Source: Balamuthia mandrillaris (Eukaryota). Taken from it: a stretch of DNA of 50,883 nucleotides. Below, one piece after another: positions 1 to 13,402 of this stretch (its first letter is position 1; the number at the start of each line of letters is the position of its first letter). The translations under genes and the position numbers were made by a program. The DNA lies in contig JAVKOQ020000100.1 in the NCBI GenBank assembly GCA_031835245.2, forward strand, positions 124,001-174,883, in the 5' to 3' direction. Below the pieces are notes generated by a model. That model ran no database searches and was not told where the DNA came from. It saw nothing but the letters and a program-made list of their open reading frames with translations.

Positions 1-32
1 AACGCGTGAACGACGTCGGAAGAGGAACAAGA

Positions 33-962
33 ATGGACATAGTGAGGGCGTACGTGGACGATGAAATAGTGGACAAGCACTTGTTGGGAGAGGGAGCCCC
101 GCCGGAATGGTTCCAGAAGGGCGGCTACCTTCGGGACTTTGTGGTGCTGTTCTGGATCCAGATCGTGGGCGCCTACCTTCTCTACTTCTTCTTCACGACC
201 ACCAGCTACTACATCTTCTTCGTGTGGTTCAAGGACACGTTCAACCCCACCTATAAATACAACGGCAAGGAGATCCGCAACGAAATCGTTACGTCCTGCA
301 AGGCCGTGCCTTGGTTGGCCATCATGACCGCCCCTCTCTGGGTACCCATTACTCTTCCTTTTTTAAAAAAAACTCAAGTGCTGAACAACGACTCACTAAA
401 CAAACGACCGATGAAGATGATAGACGAAAAGCTGACCTACAAGAACGTGGCGGACTATGGGGTGGGATACCTGCTGTTCAGCGTGGTGTGGTTCCTGGTG
501 TTTACCGACTTTTTGATCTACTGGTTTCATCGGTGGCTGCACTACCCGCCGCTGTACCGGGTGCTTCACGCCACGCACCACAGCTTTGTTTCCATCACCC
601 CGTTCGCCAGCCACGCCTTCCACCCGGTGGATGGCTACATACAGGCGCTGCCCTACCACCTCTTTGTGCTGTTCTTCCCCATGCACAACATCACGCAGTT
701 CTGCCTCTTTATCTTTGTCAACTTTTGGACCATCTCCATCCACGACCGAGTGCGCATGGAGCGCGGCGGCGTCATCAACGGAGCTGCTCACCATACCCTC
801 CACCACCGCTACTTTAAGTGCAACTACGGCCAGTACTTTACCCTTTGGGACAGGGTAGGCAACACCTACCTTGAGCCTGGCGATAAGCCCTCTTGGTCCT
901 ACAAGACCCTGAAAGAGGAGGCCCATCGCCGCAATGGCTTTGCCCAGGACAAACAAGATTGA
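33..962 (+). CDS. ERG3: Sterol C5-desaturase / lathosterol oxidase (fatty acid hydroxylase superfamily); probable 75-nt in-frame intron 342-416
   Basis: His boxes YWFHRWLH, LHATHH and HHTLHH, plus TPFASHAFHPVDG and NYGQYFTLWDR, typical of ERG3/SC5D. ATG at 33. An AT-rich GT..AG insert at 342-416 interrupts the conserved region. Confidence 0.9.
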   Translation: MDIVRAYVDDEIVDKHLLGEGAPPEWFQKGGYLRDFVVLFWIQIVGAYLLYFFFTTTSYYIFFVWFKDTFNPTYKYNGKEIRNEIVTSCKAVPWLAIMTAPLWVPITLPFLKKTQVLNNDSLNKRPMKMIDEKLTYKNVADYGVGYLLFSVVWFLVFTDFLIYWFHRWLHYPPLYRVLHATHHSFVSITPFASHAFHPVDGYIQALPYHLFVLFFPMHNITQFCLFIFVNFWTISIHDRVRMERGGVINGAAHHTLHHRYFKCNYGQYFTLWDRVGNTYLEPGDKPSWSYKTLKEEAHRRNGFAQDKQD

Positions 963-1170
963 GGTTGCCCATCGCCGCCCCATTGCTTTGTCCCTCCCCT
1001 TTTCTGTTATACTCCGAGTAACACCACCGAAGAAGACCCTTTTTCGTGAGAACATTTACAGCAGATATGTAATATGCTTGTGCTATTGAAGGGATTGTGG
1101 TTGTGCTTGGTTGGCGTTATTATCATTCGAACTTATCTTGATAAGAGAGAGCGAGAGAGCAAAGAAGAGT

Positions 1171-3107
<1,937 letters not shown>

Positions 3108-3420
3108 CCTTCCTCCTCCTCTTCCCTCTGTGGCTCTCTGCTTTCTTGGTCCAACAGCAGCAAAGAGGGGCAGCAGCACTACCCAGGCCAAATGGTGCAG
3201 AAATTGTGCTGTGTCGAAAACTCCGCTAAACTCCGGATCGAGGGTTCAGATCTTAAAGAGACAGAGGAAGGCCACCCCCCAATCCTCCCCTCCCAGCCCG
3301 CACCCTTGCTTTCTCTTTCCCATTCTTGCCGACTGCACCATCAGTCAACCCTTATCGAGCAACTCGAGACGAGCAAACCGCCGCCAGAGCACCAAGACCC
3401 ACCAACACACCCATCAAACA

Positions 3421-3980
3421 ATGGAGGCCCAACGAAAGAAGTCCGTACAAACCTTTGGCAGAAAGAAGACTGCCGTCGCTGTCGCCTTTTGCAAGCAAGG
3501 CCGTGGTTTGGTCAAGGTGAACGGCTGCCCTGTGGAGTTGGTGGAGCCCGAGATTCTGAGGTACAAAGTGTTTGAGCCCATCTTGCTCTTGGGTTCCGAC
3601 AAGTTCGCGGATGTGGATATCAGAATCAGGGTGAAGGGAGGAGGTTACGTGAGCCAGATCTATGGTACGCGAAACTCACCACTCAATTGTTGTTATGATT
3701 CCGCTTCTCACGCTTTTCGCTACAGCCATTCGTCAGGCTCTCGCCAAGGCCATCATTGCCTACTACCAGAAGTGTACTGTCTTCCTACCTTCTTGCTGGC
3801 ACCGCTACCTTTGCTTACCTCTATTTCCTCACAGATGTTGATGAGGCTCAAAAGAAGGAGATCAAGGACATTTTGTTGTCGTACGACAGAAGCTTGCTTG
3901 TCGCCGATCCCAGGCGCTGCGAGCCCAAGAAGTTCGGAGGACCTGCTGCCAGGGCCAGGTACCAGAAGTCTTACCGTTAA
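3421..3980 (+). CDS. RPS16: 40S ribosomal protein S16 (uS9); introns 3665-3725 and 3774-3834
   Basis: [28 protein letters not shown] and [24 protein letters not shown] after removing two GT-AG introns. Confidence 0.97.
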
Positions 3981-4569
3981 ATCCTCTCGCTTCTCCTTTT
4001 TCAACCGATTCCATCTTGTTTGTCTTGTTCTGCTCGAAATACATACCCTTGCTTGGTATCCCTCGGTTCTTCTCTTTTGTTCTATTATCCTACTCTGCCC
4101 TTTGTTTTTTGCCCTCCTTGCTTCCCTCGCCCTCCTCCCTGCCCAATGCAACCGGACTTCTTCCTCCACCCTTTGTATCCATTCTCTCTTTCTCCAAGTT
4201 GGTTGACTGGCGAGGCTGGAGGTTGGGTTGGGCGCGTTGCTTGTGCATTGGTGGGTTAGCACCGGTTGGCAGAATGAGGATTACCACCAAGGGTAATGTT
4301 GCGCGTGGTCCTCTTGCTGTTTGTTTTTGGGAAGTTTTTGGTCACTTACAAGGCCACCACGCTTCTTAACATGTGCAACTTCGGAGAAGAGGGCGGGGCC
4401 AACAACCCAACCACGAAAATGCGTCGTGGGCCGAAGTAAAATAAAAAGGAAAAAAGCAAACAAAAAACACTTCTATTCTATTCAAAAGAGAGGACTTAGC
4501 AGCAACCAGAGAGAGAGAGAGAAGGAGAAAACGGCAACTCCTGTAGCAACGAGGTGAGGAGCATAATAA

Positions 4570-6702
4570 ATGGAGGTGGACAAGAAGGCCAAGAAGCTGG
4601 CAGAAAAGACGGAGGAGGCGCGCCGCCTCTTCAACCTCCCAAACTCGGAGGAAGTTATACAGGATTACACCTGCACCATGTCTCGCACTATACGGGTTGG
4701 CGGCCGCCTTTACATTACCCAGAACTACGTCTGTTGGACGGCTGTCGTCTCTCTCACCAGCGCCACCGTAAGCTACCCTTTTACCTGCCTACCCCTTGGG
4801 ACAAAGAACTTAATAGTTCATTGTTTGATATAAACACAAACAGGAAAAAATCCCCTTTCGTGAGATTAAGAAGATAACACCACAAAAGACTTTGTTGGTA
4901 CCCAGCGCTATTGAGATACAAACCGCAAAGGCTCAGGTGCGTTTTTCTTCTTGTTCTCTACGCGCTGCTCACTTAATAAGCTAATCTCTCTCTGCCTCCT
5001 CCCCAGTACTTCTTCTCTGCGTTCATGCACAGAGATGAAGCGCTGAACCTTATGCTCTACCTCTGGCAAAACCCACCCAGCGTTGTCTCTTTGTCCGCCG
5101 CCGCCTCTTCCTCTTCCTCCTCCTCTTCCTCCTCGGCGGTCAGCGGTACCTCTCGCTCCGGCTCGTTTTCGACCACAGGCACCGCTGGGTTCGGTGCTCG
5201 TCCTTCTTCAAGCCCTTCCCTTGCCGCTTCGGACGGTGGCGCCTCATCACGACCCACCTCCACTCCTCACCCCTTGAACCGCGCCCCCTTGAAGTGGGGG
5301 AGCAGCGCTGACATTCAACAAATATCTTCCTCCCCTTCCTTGGGACATCAACAGCAAGCTCAAATTACGAATAGGAACTTGGTGGACACTGCAGCCTCCA
5401 AACGCGCACTCAAGGCCGCTCTTGAAGCCAGAGACCTTGGCCAAGATACCCTCCAGGAACTCAGCATACAAGCCGGTATCTCTCCCTCTCTCTCTTGGCT
5501 TTTGGTGACTTCTTAGACTCAAATTCATTGCAAATGCTCCACAACCATATCTCCACCACCATTCTCTACATTCAACCACAGAGCAAATCGATAGGATTGA
5601 GAACGATATAGAGAAAGTGCATGGCAATTTGGACAAAGGAGAGCGGTTGATGCGGGGCATTGAATCATTGGGCGGCTATGTGCTCAACAACGTAACGAAC
5701 CCGGTCTCTAGCGCAAAAGGAACTAATTTCACCGACAGAACGGTGTGTATGACTTCGGCGTCTATTTCATTATGTATGATCCCTTTCTTTCGCTTCGCTG
5801 ACACTTTCTTTCACTCGTTCATTGTGATTCCCTGGTCAGCTTCATGTGGCCAAGCGCACCAAAGTGGTAACTCTGGAGATACTGATAAAGCACAAAAATG
5901 ATCACCGTATCCTTTTCTTATTATATTTTTTGCGTGTTGATGCGTTTGTCGTTTTACAGTGGCCATTCCTTGATTCCAACACAGTTGCACCAGCTACTCT
6001 TCAGTTTGAGGAAGACATATTTAGATGCCTTGAAAATGGAGAGCAGATAAGGGGAATGCAGTGGCGTTACGATTCTGTAGATCGTGTGGTTGTGAGGAGC
6101 AGGCCTCTGCATTTGGATATCAGGTATCTCTTCCTCTCACTTTTTTTCATTGTGCCGTTTTGGGAGTGAGCCGAACTAATCCCCACAAAACAGATTCCTG
6201 AAGCAGGACCGCTTTCGTATATGCTCCTCATACTTGCAGGCTATTGTGAACGAGATGTATCTTCGAGTGGCAACCTGCCAAGTTGTCTTTGAGGCCGGGG
6301 CCAAGTCGTTTGACTACGGGGACCCCTCTCTCGTTATCGCCACCAAGAAAAGCAGGGATGACGGCGGAGGAGGAAGCGCCTTCTTCGGCGTACGCAAGCA
6401 GGCTCCTGACTTGGTAAGTGACAACGTTTCCCAGGAAGTGAAGCAGGCCTTGCAAGAGCAGCAAGATGATTTGGACCAAATAGAAATGTTGGTTGGCGAG
6501 ATGGGAGGCATGGGCGTCACCATATCTACTGAACTTGACAGGTCTCTCTCTCTGTCTCTTTTTTGTACTCTTTCGCTTACTGACATTGTCCCTACTTTCT
6601 TGCGATAGGCAAAACCAACAACTGGATCGCGTCACAGGAAGAGTGATTTCAGCCAACGAGAGATTGCACAACAATACCAACAGGATCGAAAAGATGTTGT
6701 AA
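4570..6702 (+). CDS. GRAM-domain, SNAP-25-like Qbc-SNARE (multi-exon, includes a U12-type intron)
   Basis: N-terminal GRAM motif (FNLPNSEEVIQDYTC..GRLYITQNYVCW..KIPFREI..SAIEI..YFFSAF..RDEA). SNARE coil 1: GQDTLQELSIQAEQIDRIEND..NLDKGERLMRGI. SNARE coil 2: DLDQIEMLVGEMGGM..ELDRQNQQLDRV..NTNRIEKML. Confidence 0.8.
5907..5984 (+). other. U12-type (minor spliceosome) GT-AG intron
   Basis: 5' site GTATCCTTT at 5907. Branch-like TTCCTTGAT at 5966-5974, with the A 11 nt before the 3' end at 5984. Removal gives in-frame KNDHLAPATLQF. Confidence 0.75.
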
Positions 6703-6844
6703 ACTTAAGCAGAATAGAACACCCTAAAGAGGCAGGCACACGCCTTCCGCTGTTAATTTACTGTAGTCTGAATGGGTGACGAATGAGGGAGGGTCATTAT
6801 GTTCAATCTTTACAAAAAAGGTTGGCGAATGGAGGAGTGGCCAA

Positions 6845-8155
6845 TCACGCTGAGTCAAAGCACAGCAAGCCTGACCGTACTCGGAAGGAGTTGCTTGAGG
6901 GGGACTGTGAAAACGGAGAAGATGGCGCTGCTTTAGGCAAACTGATCCAAGCTTTAAAACGGCAGTGGTTGCGCTGTTCAACGTCACTGGTGGGTTCATC
7001 CTCCTGGCTTTGCTGAGAAGAGGTAGCAGTCTTTTTGAGTGAAAAGGAATCTTCCTTGCGTAGTGTGACTCTGTACTTGACAAGGTTGGCCCAAGCGTTG
7101 CCCATATACTCTGCATGAAGGGGGATTGGGAGGGAGGAGGAGATTGAGGAGGAGTGATGGCAGAAAGGCCTATGTGTTTGCAGTTGTTGCGGCGAATGTT
7201 GATAAGATTCAGCAGAGTTGTTGGTTGGAGCAGAGCCAAAGCTAGAACGTGTTTTGGAGTAGAGGGCAGCTTTCGTGGCCACCAATATGAGGTTGTAGGT
7301 CAGCACATAATGCCTCAGCAGGTTGACCACTTGTCCGTGTTGTCGTTGCTTTTTATCCGTATATTTGTCCAAGTCGTGGAAGGCCGATATGCTGTCCACT
7401 ACCAACAGCCTTATTCTATTTTGGTCGCTCTTGTTGAGGTCGCCGCTACCACTGCCACCATCAGTCCCAGCAGCAGAGTCAGAGCCACCCATCCTTTCTT
7501 TGTGCTTCTGTCGTTGCGTTTGCTGTTGCTGTTGCTGTTGCAGCGAAGAACGAGTGGGTTGGGAATAGCCTCCAGCCGCAAGTAAGGGCTCCAAGTTTCG
7601 AAGTGTAGCAAAGAAGTGCAGCGTGTTGAAGCAACGAACTATGTGCAGCCGCTGTAGGCTGCTTCCAATGATTTGCTGTAGGTTTGGTTGCTCAAGTAGA
7701 TCAGGCCTATTTTGTTGTTGAAGAATGATGGTGAGACGGCTTTCCAGCATCGTCACCAACTTTAACAGGTTGAACTTATGCCGGTTGTCAAACATGAGCA
7801 CTCCCGCTTCTTCACCAGCCAGCAGCACGCCGTCCCACTCTTTTGGAAGCACTGCGTTGACTATCATCTGTAAGAGGAAGGTCGACTTGCAGGTACCCTC
7901 GCCGCCGTATACCTCCACTACATCGCCCGGTCGCAGCAGTCCTTCTCCGTCTGGTGCTTGTGGCTGACCCGAATTCCCCCTCCAACCCTTGTTGTTGTTG
8001 TCAAAGCCCTGCTGCTGTTGATCTAAGAGGCAGATCCCGGTGGTGAACGGAGGTTGTCTGCCTCGCATGAATAGCTCAGCTGCGTTCTCACTTGATTGCA
8101 GTAGCGAAGAGAAATTGAGGCAAGGCTGCCGCTGCTGCTGCTGCCGCACCTTCAT
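6845..8155 (-). CDS. XRCC2: RAD51 paralog XRCC2, apparently intronless
   Basis: GDVVEVYGGEGTCKST Walker A, AVLPKEWDGVLLAG..VLMFDNRHKF, LLVVDSISAF Walker B and HAEYMGNAW. Start taken at the ATG at 8155. Confidence 0.82.
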   Translation of the reverse strand: MKVRQQQQRQPCLNFSSLLQSSENAAELFMRGRQPPFTTGICLLDQQQQGFDNNNKGWRGNSGQPQAPDGEGLLRPGDVVEVYGGEGTCKSTFLLQMIVNAVLPKEWDGVLLAGEEAGVLMFDNRHKFNLLKLVTMLESRLTIILQQQNRPDLLEQPNLQQIIGSSLQRLHIVRCFNTLHFFATLRNLEPLLAAGGYSQPTRSSLQQQQQQQTQRQKHKERMGGSDSAAGTDGGSGSGDLNKSDQNRIRLLVVDSISAFHDLDKYTDKKQRQHGQVVNLLRHYVLTYNLILVATKAALYSKTRSSFGSAPTNNSAESYQHSPQQLQTHRPFCHHSSSISSSLPIPLHAEYMGNAWANLVKYRVTLRKEDSFSLKKTATSSQQSQEDEPTSDVEQRNHCRFKAWISLPKAAPSSPFSQSPSSNSFRVRSGLLCFDSA

Positions 8156-8160
8156 ACTTG

Positions 8161-8191
<31 letters not shown>

Positions 8192-8441
8192 TCCCACCTT
8201 TTTTGTTTTTTGCTGTTGCCCACCATTTTTTGGTTTTCTTGGAAAAAAATTATCCACCAAAAATAAAAAAAAGAGAACAGCGTGAGGAGCAGGCAAGCTG
8301 CTGTTTACACGACAAATACAAGAGGAGGGGGGGAAGGAGGGAGGGAGGGGTTGGGGTGGGACCAAAGCAGACGATGATTTACTTGATTTTTCTTCTCTGT
8401 AAAAAAAAAAAAAAAGACAAAGCGCCCACAACATGTGGCAT

Positions 8442-9386
8442 TTAAAGACGGGCAGCATGTGCGGGACAGGAACCGGAGGAGGAAGGGCGGGTGATGGTGC
8501 CCTTGATGAGGCCTTGCGGCTCGGAAACGGGGGTCAGGATTTCATTGCTCCACTCGTGCTGCAAGCCAAAGCGGGTGAGGTCCACCGTCCAGTTGTGGAT
8601 GTTGGGCAAGGTGAAGGAAATGGACTGCACGTGCACAAAGTCCTTCAAGACTGCGTCCCCAATGGCGTACACGGTCTCTTGCACGGAGCGGCTGTATCGC
8701 TCGGCAAAGAGACGGCAGGTGTTGCGAACCACTCCATTCCATACGGCAGTAAAGTCTATTTGGTGGGGAGGGGCGTTGTAGGTCCACGTGGCCTCCACCT
8801 GGGTGCGGAGCAGGCGGTCTTTGACCTCAGGCAAGGTGGTGTAGCGGTCCTTGTGGAAGCCAACGAAGCCAGAGCCGCTCGTCTTGAGGAGCTCCAGGTT
8901 CCTGAGGCCAGAGACCACCTGGATGGGGCGAGGGCCAGCGTCGAGGCCAGCAGCGCCCTTGCTGCTGGAGATCAGAGCGGTGCGCACCTCCCTACGAGGG
9001 GCAAAGGAGTGGGAGTGGGGCTGTCCAGCCACCACCAGCCGCTCCCACAGCTGCTCCTCTATGTAGGCCTCTACGGTGTGTATGTGGGAGTACTCCTCCA
9101 AAAAGTGTTGCACCAGGCGCACTCCGAACGTCTCTATGTGGGTGATGGGGTCTTTCTTGGCCAGAACGTAGATGGTGTTCTTGACCGTGTCTGTGGGTAC
9201 CACAGCCGAGTTATCACCGGTGAGGTAAGAGGCGTCCAGACCCTCTCCTTGCAGCAGGACGCGCACGTTGAGGTCCCTGACCTGCTCCTCTCCGCCACCC
9301 TCCTTCCTCGTCACCTTCAACAAGCGCACATGTCGCTTGCCGTACTCGTTACCCGATAAATAAGCTGCGGTACTGCTGCTTGCCAT
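8442..9386 (-). CDS. UOX: Uricase (urate oxidase), peroxisomal (C-terminal ARL)
   Basis: YGK..VR, SYLTGDNSAVVPTDTVKNT, LKTSGSGFVGFHKDRYTTLPE, SRSVQET, LPNIH and PQGLI motifs; ends in -ARL. Confidence 0.95.
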   Translation of the reverse strand: MASSSTAAYLSGNEYGKRHVRLLKVTRKEGGGEEQVRDLNVRVLLQGEGLDASYLTGDNSAVVPTDTVKNTIYVLAKKDPITHIETFGVRLVQHFLEEYSHIHTVEAYIEEQLWERLVVAGQPHSHSFAPRREVRTALISSSKGAAGLDAGPRPIQVVSGLRNLELLKTSGSGFVGFHKDRYTTLPEVKDRLLRTQVEATWTYNAPPHQIDFTAVWNGVVRNTCRLFAERYSRSVQETVYAIGDAVLKDFVHVQSISFTLPNIHNWTVDLTRFGLQHEWSNEILTPVSEPQGLIKGTITRPSSSGSCPAHAARL

Positions 9387-9801
9387 CGTGGTGCTAATAA
9401 CAACAATGTTGTGGTGTTGTGGGAGGAAGAAAAGAAAGAAGAAGAAGAAGAAGAAAGGCTTTCAAAACCCTTTTTTCTCTCTCTCTCTCTCTTTTTTTTT
9501 GATAAAAAGAGGGCGACTTGAAGTCGCTGGGAGGACTCTTAAAAGTCGTTACAAAGATGGCTAAGGGTTAGGGTTCAGGCCACAAGGGGGGTTACTAGGG
9601 CTACATGTGTCCTCTTCCTTCCACCCCGTGTCGACGGAGGTTTTAAGGCGAACCCTCTTTAGGCCCTCCGGCAATTAAAAAATAAGGAGAAAAGAGAGAA
9701 AGGAGGAGGAGGAGCTGCGATACACTAGCTAGCTGCGGGCGACGAGCAGCTTTCCTTCGCCACTCATTTCGTCAGCAGTCAGGATAAGGCCGATCTCTGC
9801 C

Positions 9802-12800
9802 ATGTGGTCTCACAGCATCCGCAACGGGAACTGGCGTTCCTTGCCCAGTTTGTCAAGTCCGCGTTCTTTTTTGGGGAGTTGCACCAGCGGGCTGCTGGGG
9901 CGGAGCTGCGGCCCAAACCTCGGCCCAAGCCTTCCTGCGGAAACTCGCCGACATGCTTCCTCATGCACACCATTTTCCGTCTCGCGGGGTGCACCGCCCT
10001 CCGCAACACCAACAACAAAGCCAGTGGGAGGACTGCCCACACTGGGCCGCAACGGCCGGTTTGATGGTCTCCACGCTCTTCGCACGTTCAGTACTCACTA
10101 CAAAACGTGCGGTAGGCTAGACCCCATGAAGCGGACCGGCTGGCAGACAGGTGGCAACCTTCGCTTTGTTCGTTTTTTCTGCACCAGTGGCACCGGCGGA
10201 ATTAGCCGCCTCCGCAACGTGGCCATCATCGCTCACGTCGATCACGGAAAGGTACGCACTCACGGACAGCACTCCCATCTGTTGCAACACTTGCTCATCA
10301 CCACCCCTCCTACCAAACAACAAACTACCACATAGACAAGCTTGGTTGACACCTTATTGAAACACAGTGGTAGTAACTTTGCTGATGGAGAACGTGTCAT
10401 GGTTAGTTTGCCAACCCCTCCTTATTCGTGAGCGAGGGCGATGCTAAGTTTTGTCTTGGCTGCTCTTGAAATTCTAACAGGATTCCAACGAGCTGGAGAA
10501 AGAGCGAGGAATCACTATCCTATCCAAACAAACTAGCGTTTATTACAAAGACTACAAAATCAACATTGTTGATACCCCCGGTGAGTTCTTGTTCTTTCTG
10601 CTTTCTTTGTTGTTGTCTTATCTTCTTCTTGTTCTTCTTCTTCTTGTTCTTCTTCTTGTTCTTCTTCGTTCTTCTTCGTTCTTCGTTCTTCGTTCTTCGT
10701 TCTTCGTTCTTCGTTCTTCGTTCTTCGTTCTTCGTTCTTCGTTCTTCGTTCTTCGTTCTTGTTCTTGTTCTTGTTCTTGTTCTTGTTCTTGTTCTTGTTC
10801 TTGTTCTTGTTCTTGTTCTTGTTCTTCTTGTCCGTATTTTGTTAAACCATCGTCTCCAGCGGAGTATACTAACCTCTAAGGTGTCACCGCTTTAGGGCAC
10901 GGCGATTTTGGAGGGGAGGTAGAACGGGTGCTCGGAATGGTAGATGGTGTACTTCTGTTGGTAGACGCTTCCGAGGTTTGCATTCACGTCAATGCTCTTC
11001 ATGAAGACTGCGACTAACCAGTATCACAGGGACCCATGACCCAAACTAAATACGTGCTTTCAAAGGCTCTACAAAGGAACCTGCGACCCATTGTGGTTCT
11101 CAACAAAATGGACCGTGAGACTGCTCGACCAGAGGACGTAGAAACAGAAGTACGTTCTTGCCTCTCTCCAGACAGCACTGCATTTTTTTTGATAATCCAC
11201 AACGTTTGAGTGTTGTGATGCTACTCTGACATGTTGCGGTTGCCATTAGATTTTTGATCTTTTTGTGAACTTGAGTGCATCTGATGAACAGTTGAGCTAT
11301 CCTACTTTATATGCCTCGGCCAGAGAGAGTAAGGATACACCTCCTACCAGTCGTCAATCATTATTAACACATTTTCCCCCTCTCCCTTGCCCTCCATCCC
11401 TGAAGGCTGGGCTGTGGCGAACAAGGAAGACGAAAGAGTAGATATGACACCTGTCTTTGAGGCGATCATAAACAACGGTACGTCTGTGAGCTCAATCTTA
11501 ATTTATCATGTCCATCACTGATCGGTTATTGTTTATGATGATTGCAGTCCCGCCGCCAAATGTTGATCCTAGTAAACCGTTTTCAATGCTGATTACCACT
11601 TTGGAGTATGATCCTCACTTAGGCAGACTATTAATTGGTCGCGTGGAAGGCGGGCGAGTTGTGGCTGGCTCACCCTTGCGCTCCCTTTCCTTGGAAGGAA
11701 AGGAGCTGGAATCAGGTATGCCTCTTCTTTTGTTGTTTTCCTCTATGTCTTTTCTAATTTTGCTTGCCAACCCTCACAATCGGAAAACAAACATGAAACA
11801 GGAAAGGCGTTGAAGGTGTTGGGTAGGCAGGGCCTGCAGCGCAAACCACTAGACGTTGGCGAATGCGGAGATATCATTGCTGTCGCAGGTTTTGCAAATA
11901 CTTCGGTGACAGACACTCTTTGTGACCCTTCTGTCACAGAGCCTATCAAAGCAGTTCCGATTGATCCTCCTGTTCTCTCCATGGTATTTGGAGTCAACGA
12001 CTCCCCTATGGCTGGCAAAGATGGAACCAAAGTAACATCGACAGCCCTAAAAGCTCGCATCCTCCGAGAGCTTGAAAGCAATGTGACCATTGAAATGGAG
12101 GAATTGCCAGAGGAAGGCAAGATGGAAATCAAAGGAAGAGGAGAATTGCAGCTTGCGATTCTCATCGAGAACCTTAGGAGAGAAGGCTTTGAGCTCTCAG
12201 TCTCTCCGCCCAAAGTACTTTTCCAGTACGATGAAGATGGCACCAAGCTTGAACCACAGGAAGAACTTACAATTGATGTGGATGGTGAATTCAGTGGACC
12301 AATTATTGAAAAACTTTGTATGTACACCCCCAATTGTAGTTCTCTTGGTGCCTTTTGCTTACCTCTGTTTGTTCCTCTTAGCTAATCGCAAGGCTGAACT
12401 GTTGGAGATGAAAAATGAAGGAAAGAAGGCCCGCATGACATTTTTGTGTCCCTCCAGAGCTCTCATTGGCTTTAGGGTAAGGCATCAACTGCTGGAGTTT
12501 ACTTGTAGCTGAACTCACCACGATGTCCTGGAACTACCAACAGGCAGAGATGACCAGACTATGCAGAGGTTCCCTGGTCTTACACCATACATTTCATTCG
12601 TGGGTTCCTTACAAAGGGCCAATTGATAACATGCGAAAGGGGGCTCTTGTTTCCAATGCGACAGGCGTGGCAACAACCTACGCTCTTAACCTTCTTGAGC
12701 CTCGCGGAACTCTTTTTATCCATCCTCAAACCCAAGTTTATATGGGTGAGTGCTAACAACTTCATCTCAATATCTGTTACTGATGCAGACAAATACCTTC

Positions 12801-13163
12801 TTCCAGGTATGATTGTGGGAGAAAGTGCCAAAAAGGGGGACCTCGATGTAAATCCCGTCAAAGCGAAGCAACTCTCTAACGTGCGATCGGTGCAGAAAGA
12901 GGAGAATGTGCGCCTAACTCCTCCTCGCATTCTCAGCTTAGAGGAAGCCATAACCTATGTGCAAGGTACTTGCCCAGTGACATCGGCATGCCGTTTTTTT
13001 ATTTTGCCAAAATGGTCTATTTTTCCCTCCCTAACCACTTCAATCCACATTTCCAGAGGACGAACTTGTGGAAATAACGCCAAAGCACGTAAGAATGAGG
13101 AAAGAAGTCTTGGATACTTCTCTCAGAGAACAGGCTGCCCGAAGGAAGAAAAAAGCGAACTGA
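9802..13163 (+). CDS. typA: TypA/BipA translational GTPase with a probable mitochondrial presequence, many introns
   Basis: [98 protein letters not shown] and [11 protein letters not shown]-terminal extension is Arg/Ser/Leu-rich. Stop at 13161-13163. Confidence 0.93.
10620..10830. repeat. Compound microsatellite (TTCTTCG)n/(TTCTTG)n inside TypA intron 10581-10895
   Basis: Tandem repeats seen directly. Confidence 0.9.
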
Positions 13164-13402
13164 AGAGGGTGCATCCAAGACCTCCACGCTTTGCCTACCC
13201 GAATAAACCACTGCCACAAAACAAGAATTACATCACTTTGCCCAGCCATCTCTCTGCAGGGGTGATAGATTAGGGGCTGTTGATCGTTTGCTTGTTGTTG
13301 TTTCGCTTTGTTGTAGTTCGGGAGTTTTTGGACTCGAATTGCAAATAACCAAAAAATCCGGTTGGTGGGCTGGTTGACCCGCAAGCCGAACACAAAATCT
13401 TT

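Noticed and set aside
9561..9576. AGGGTTAGGGTT telomere-like/telo-box motif between uricase and TypA
   Set aside because: Only about two units, so not distinguishable from chance.
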